From assembly GCA_964016885.1 (NCBI GenBank), contig OZ024741.1:174282001-174346000 (forward strand): a stretch of DNA of 64,000 nt, read 5' to 3'. The notes under the pieces were generated by a model, which made no database searches, was not told where the DNA came from, and saw nothing but the letters and a program-made list of their open reading frames with translations. This DNA is from Eledone cirrhosa (lineage: Eukaryota). Positions within the stretch are counted from its first letter, which is position 1. Every line of letters begins with the position of its first letter. Below, piece after piece: positions 61,375 through 64,000 of the stretch. The translations under genes and the position numbers were made by a program.

Positions 61375-61463
<89 letters not shown>

Positions 61464-63667
61464 TTGTATGTTTATGTGTGTCTGTATCCATATGTCTTGA
61501 CATCAGCACCATTTAAAGCAAATAGAGACATTTGTTTATGACTCACATAAATAGTACATCCCACGGTTACTCAGGTCAAGGAAGATGAGTAGTATATAGC
61601 ATACTTAAAAATAAATTGAGTTGGGGTTAGGAAGGGCATCTGGACATAAAAACTGATGATTATGTTCTGATTGAATTGTGGCAGCAAATTAGGACCATAT
61701 TCTTCACATGGGTCACTACATAGACTGAAAGATTGAAGTGCCAGAGGAGGACCAAAATACAGAAAAGCTTAGGGGCTCTACTAATGCCAGGCTTTGGTAC
61801 TTAGTGGGGAAGGGGCTCAGAATATTCTTGGTGCGTTGTCGTTCACAAGGAATAGATTTCAGAACGATTTTTTTATCCATAAACTCTTATTCCTAAATCT
61901 GAGGTGAGGATGCACCATTAAAAAGTGCCATCCAGTGCTCCACCCCCACTTTGGTGACAGATCCACTTAGGGGCCCAACCTTGGGTTAATACAACTACAT
62001 TGTTGTCGGCCTTAGGCAAAAGCATTTATTTATTCCCTGCAGAGTTGGGTGAAGTTCTTTTGAAGCTCTAAGTACTTTAAAAATTATGATGCACCCTCAT
62101 ATATCTGAATACAGCAGATTTCTTTCAGAAAAAGATAGTGAAAGAATAGAAAATAATTATTGTAACTAGTAAAAACCCATCGCTATGTTGCTGGTAAAAA
62201 TATTTGTTTATCATGTACGTACCTTCATAAATTGTTCAAATATTGTTTAGATTGATTTTCTCAGTGAAGATTAATTACAGTTTGAATACTGTTGTTGTTT
62301 TTATACAAATGGATGATTTGTACATAACAATGGAAAACACCCTTGTTAACTTCAGAGAAAACGTTTCCTAATGAAAAATATTGAAATATGTCAATTTGTT
62401 GCCATAAACAATCCATCTCTCTTTCACACACACTCTCTCTCTCCTCTTTTTTCTTCCTTCTACATATATGTTGTGATGGACAGACAGAGAGAGAAACAGA
62501 TTCTCTTTTATAATATAGATTAATTATACATGAGTATTCTTTATATTAATGTTAATGATAAAAAATAAATAATATGTAAAGAGGTTGTGTAGGTGTCATG
62601 ACAAAAAGCACCCAGTCTACACTGTAAAGTGGTCATCTAGGTATTACGACAAAAAGCACCCAGCCTACACTGTAAAGTGGTCATGTAGGTGTCTCAACAA
62701 AAAACACACAGCACACACTGTAAAGTGCTCATTAATGTAGGTGTCACAACAAAAAGCACACACTGTAAAGTGGTTGTGCAGACGTCATGACAAAAAGCAC
62801 CCAGCACACAATCTAAATGCGATTGGCGTTAGGAAGGGCATCCAGCTGTAGAAACCAAGCCAGAAACAGTTCTGTATGAGCAAGACACGGTCATCTAACC
62901 CAAATTGCGGACAACCCGTCTAACCCATGCTAGTGTGGAAAAATGGATGTTAAACGATGACAATGATGATAATGATTGATTTAAATGAATAAATAAAATT
63001 AAATAGTGATAGCCAGAGTGACAAGATAGAGAAGGTCAAGGGAAATTGAGGATTCACACACCTTACATATTTTGTAATCAAGGAATTATCAAATGAAATA
63101 ACTTTTATTTTAAATGTCAACATACTTTAAAGTACTATACTAGTATATATGTATTCCATTTATGTTGGATGGTTTAACTAATGTGTAGATCTAGTCATTC
63201 CAATTAGAAAATCATAATGCAATAAGCGAAAGACTCAATGTTATGTCTATCATCCATCATAAATACAGTATCTCATGGTTTTTGCAGGAATGGCTTTAAA
63301 TACTCCAATAAAAGGCAGTCTGTCGCAGTGATCACATCGATCAATAGACACCTCCGTATTAATGCTTTGTTTATATTTTGTCTTTTAAATATTTTATGTT
63401 AATTACACCTGATGATGACACCGAATGTTTCGCATCATGATCTGATGACATAAACCAGCTATAGAAATATGTATTGTGTATTTATGCAAAACATTAAAGG
63501 AATATATTGGAATCTGGCCTTCTTTTTTCATTGAAGTATTTAACTCCCTTGTGTAACATAACAACCTCCCTGGTGCTAGTGCCATGATAAAATGCACCCA
63601 ATAGAGTGTGCAATAGTGTGTAAGCAAGATTCAACCCCCACCATATATATACATAAAACTTTATTTG

Positions 63668-63876
63668 AGATATAAAGGAATATATACTGATGATATCAAT
63701 TGAGAAACTGCTAGTATTTAGTAAGAAGATATATTTACTTTATTATGGTAAATTAAAAATTCCTAATTTTAAATTATATACAGTATATCTTCTTACAATT
63801 AAAGTGTTCTATAAACATGTACTAAATACCAGCAATTTCTCAATTGATATTATTGGTATTTAATCCTTTCTATATC
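63668..63876. repeat. Degenerate fold-back
   Basis: 63668-63720 is approximately the reverse complement of 63822-63876. Confidence 0.65.
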
Positions 63877-63929
63877 GTTTAAATTTAATAAGCACCAGCC
63901 TGATGAACCTCTGTAGTCAAGATAGACTT

Positions 63930-63978
<49 letters not shown>

Positions 63979-64000
63979 TTAATTTAAGGCATAACACCCT

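Noticed and set aside
55391-64000. Promoter or non-coding first exon of the host gene
   Set aside because: One must exist upstream of the 55391 acceptor, but no candidate could be supported; it may lie outside the window.

Overview
AT-rich, microsatellite-dense animal DNA; the SINE/RTE/Penelope content suggests an octopus or other coleoid cephalopod (inference). The whole window lies inside one minus-strand spliced gene, whose six hand-assembled coding exons (55259-55365, 9305-9368, 6819-6925, 4967-5042, 1498-1599/1613, <1-186) resemble TEX9. A ~45.9 kb intron is packed with decayed mobile elements: RTE and Vingi-like LINEs, four Penelope-like elements (PLEs), Helitrons, two DD37D mariner copies, MITEs and two SINE families. 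The main unexpected signal is 12 type I hammerhead ribozyme motifs from about 8 sequence families. These include a U3-A8 core variant and two non-coding tandem units (~330 and ~432 nt) that look like retrozymes; one copy starts at its predicted cleavage site. All calls were made by eye: no alignments, folding or database searches were run, and TE boundaries are approximate unless a terminus or TSD is quoted.
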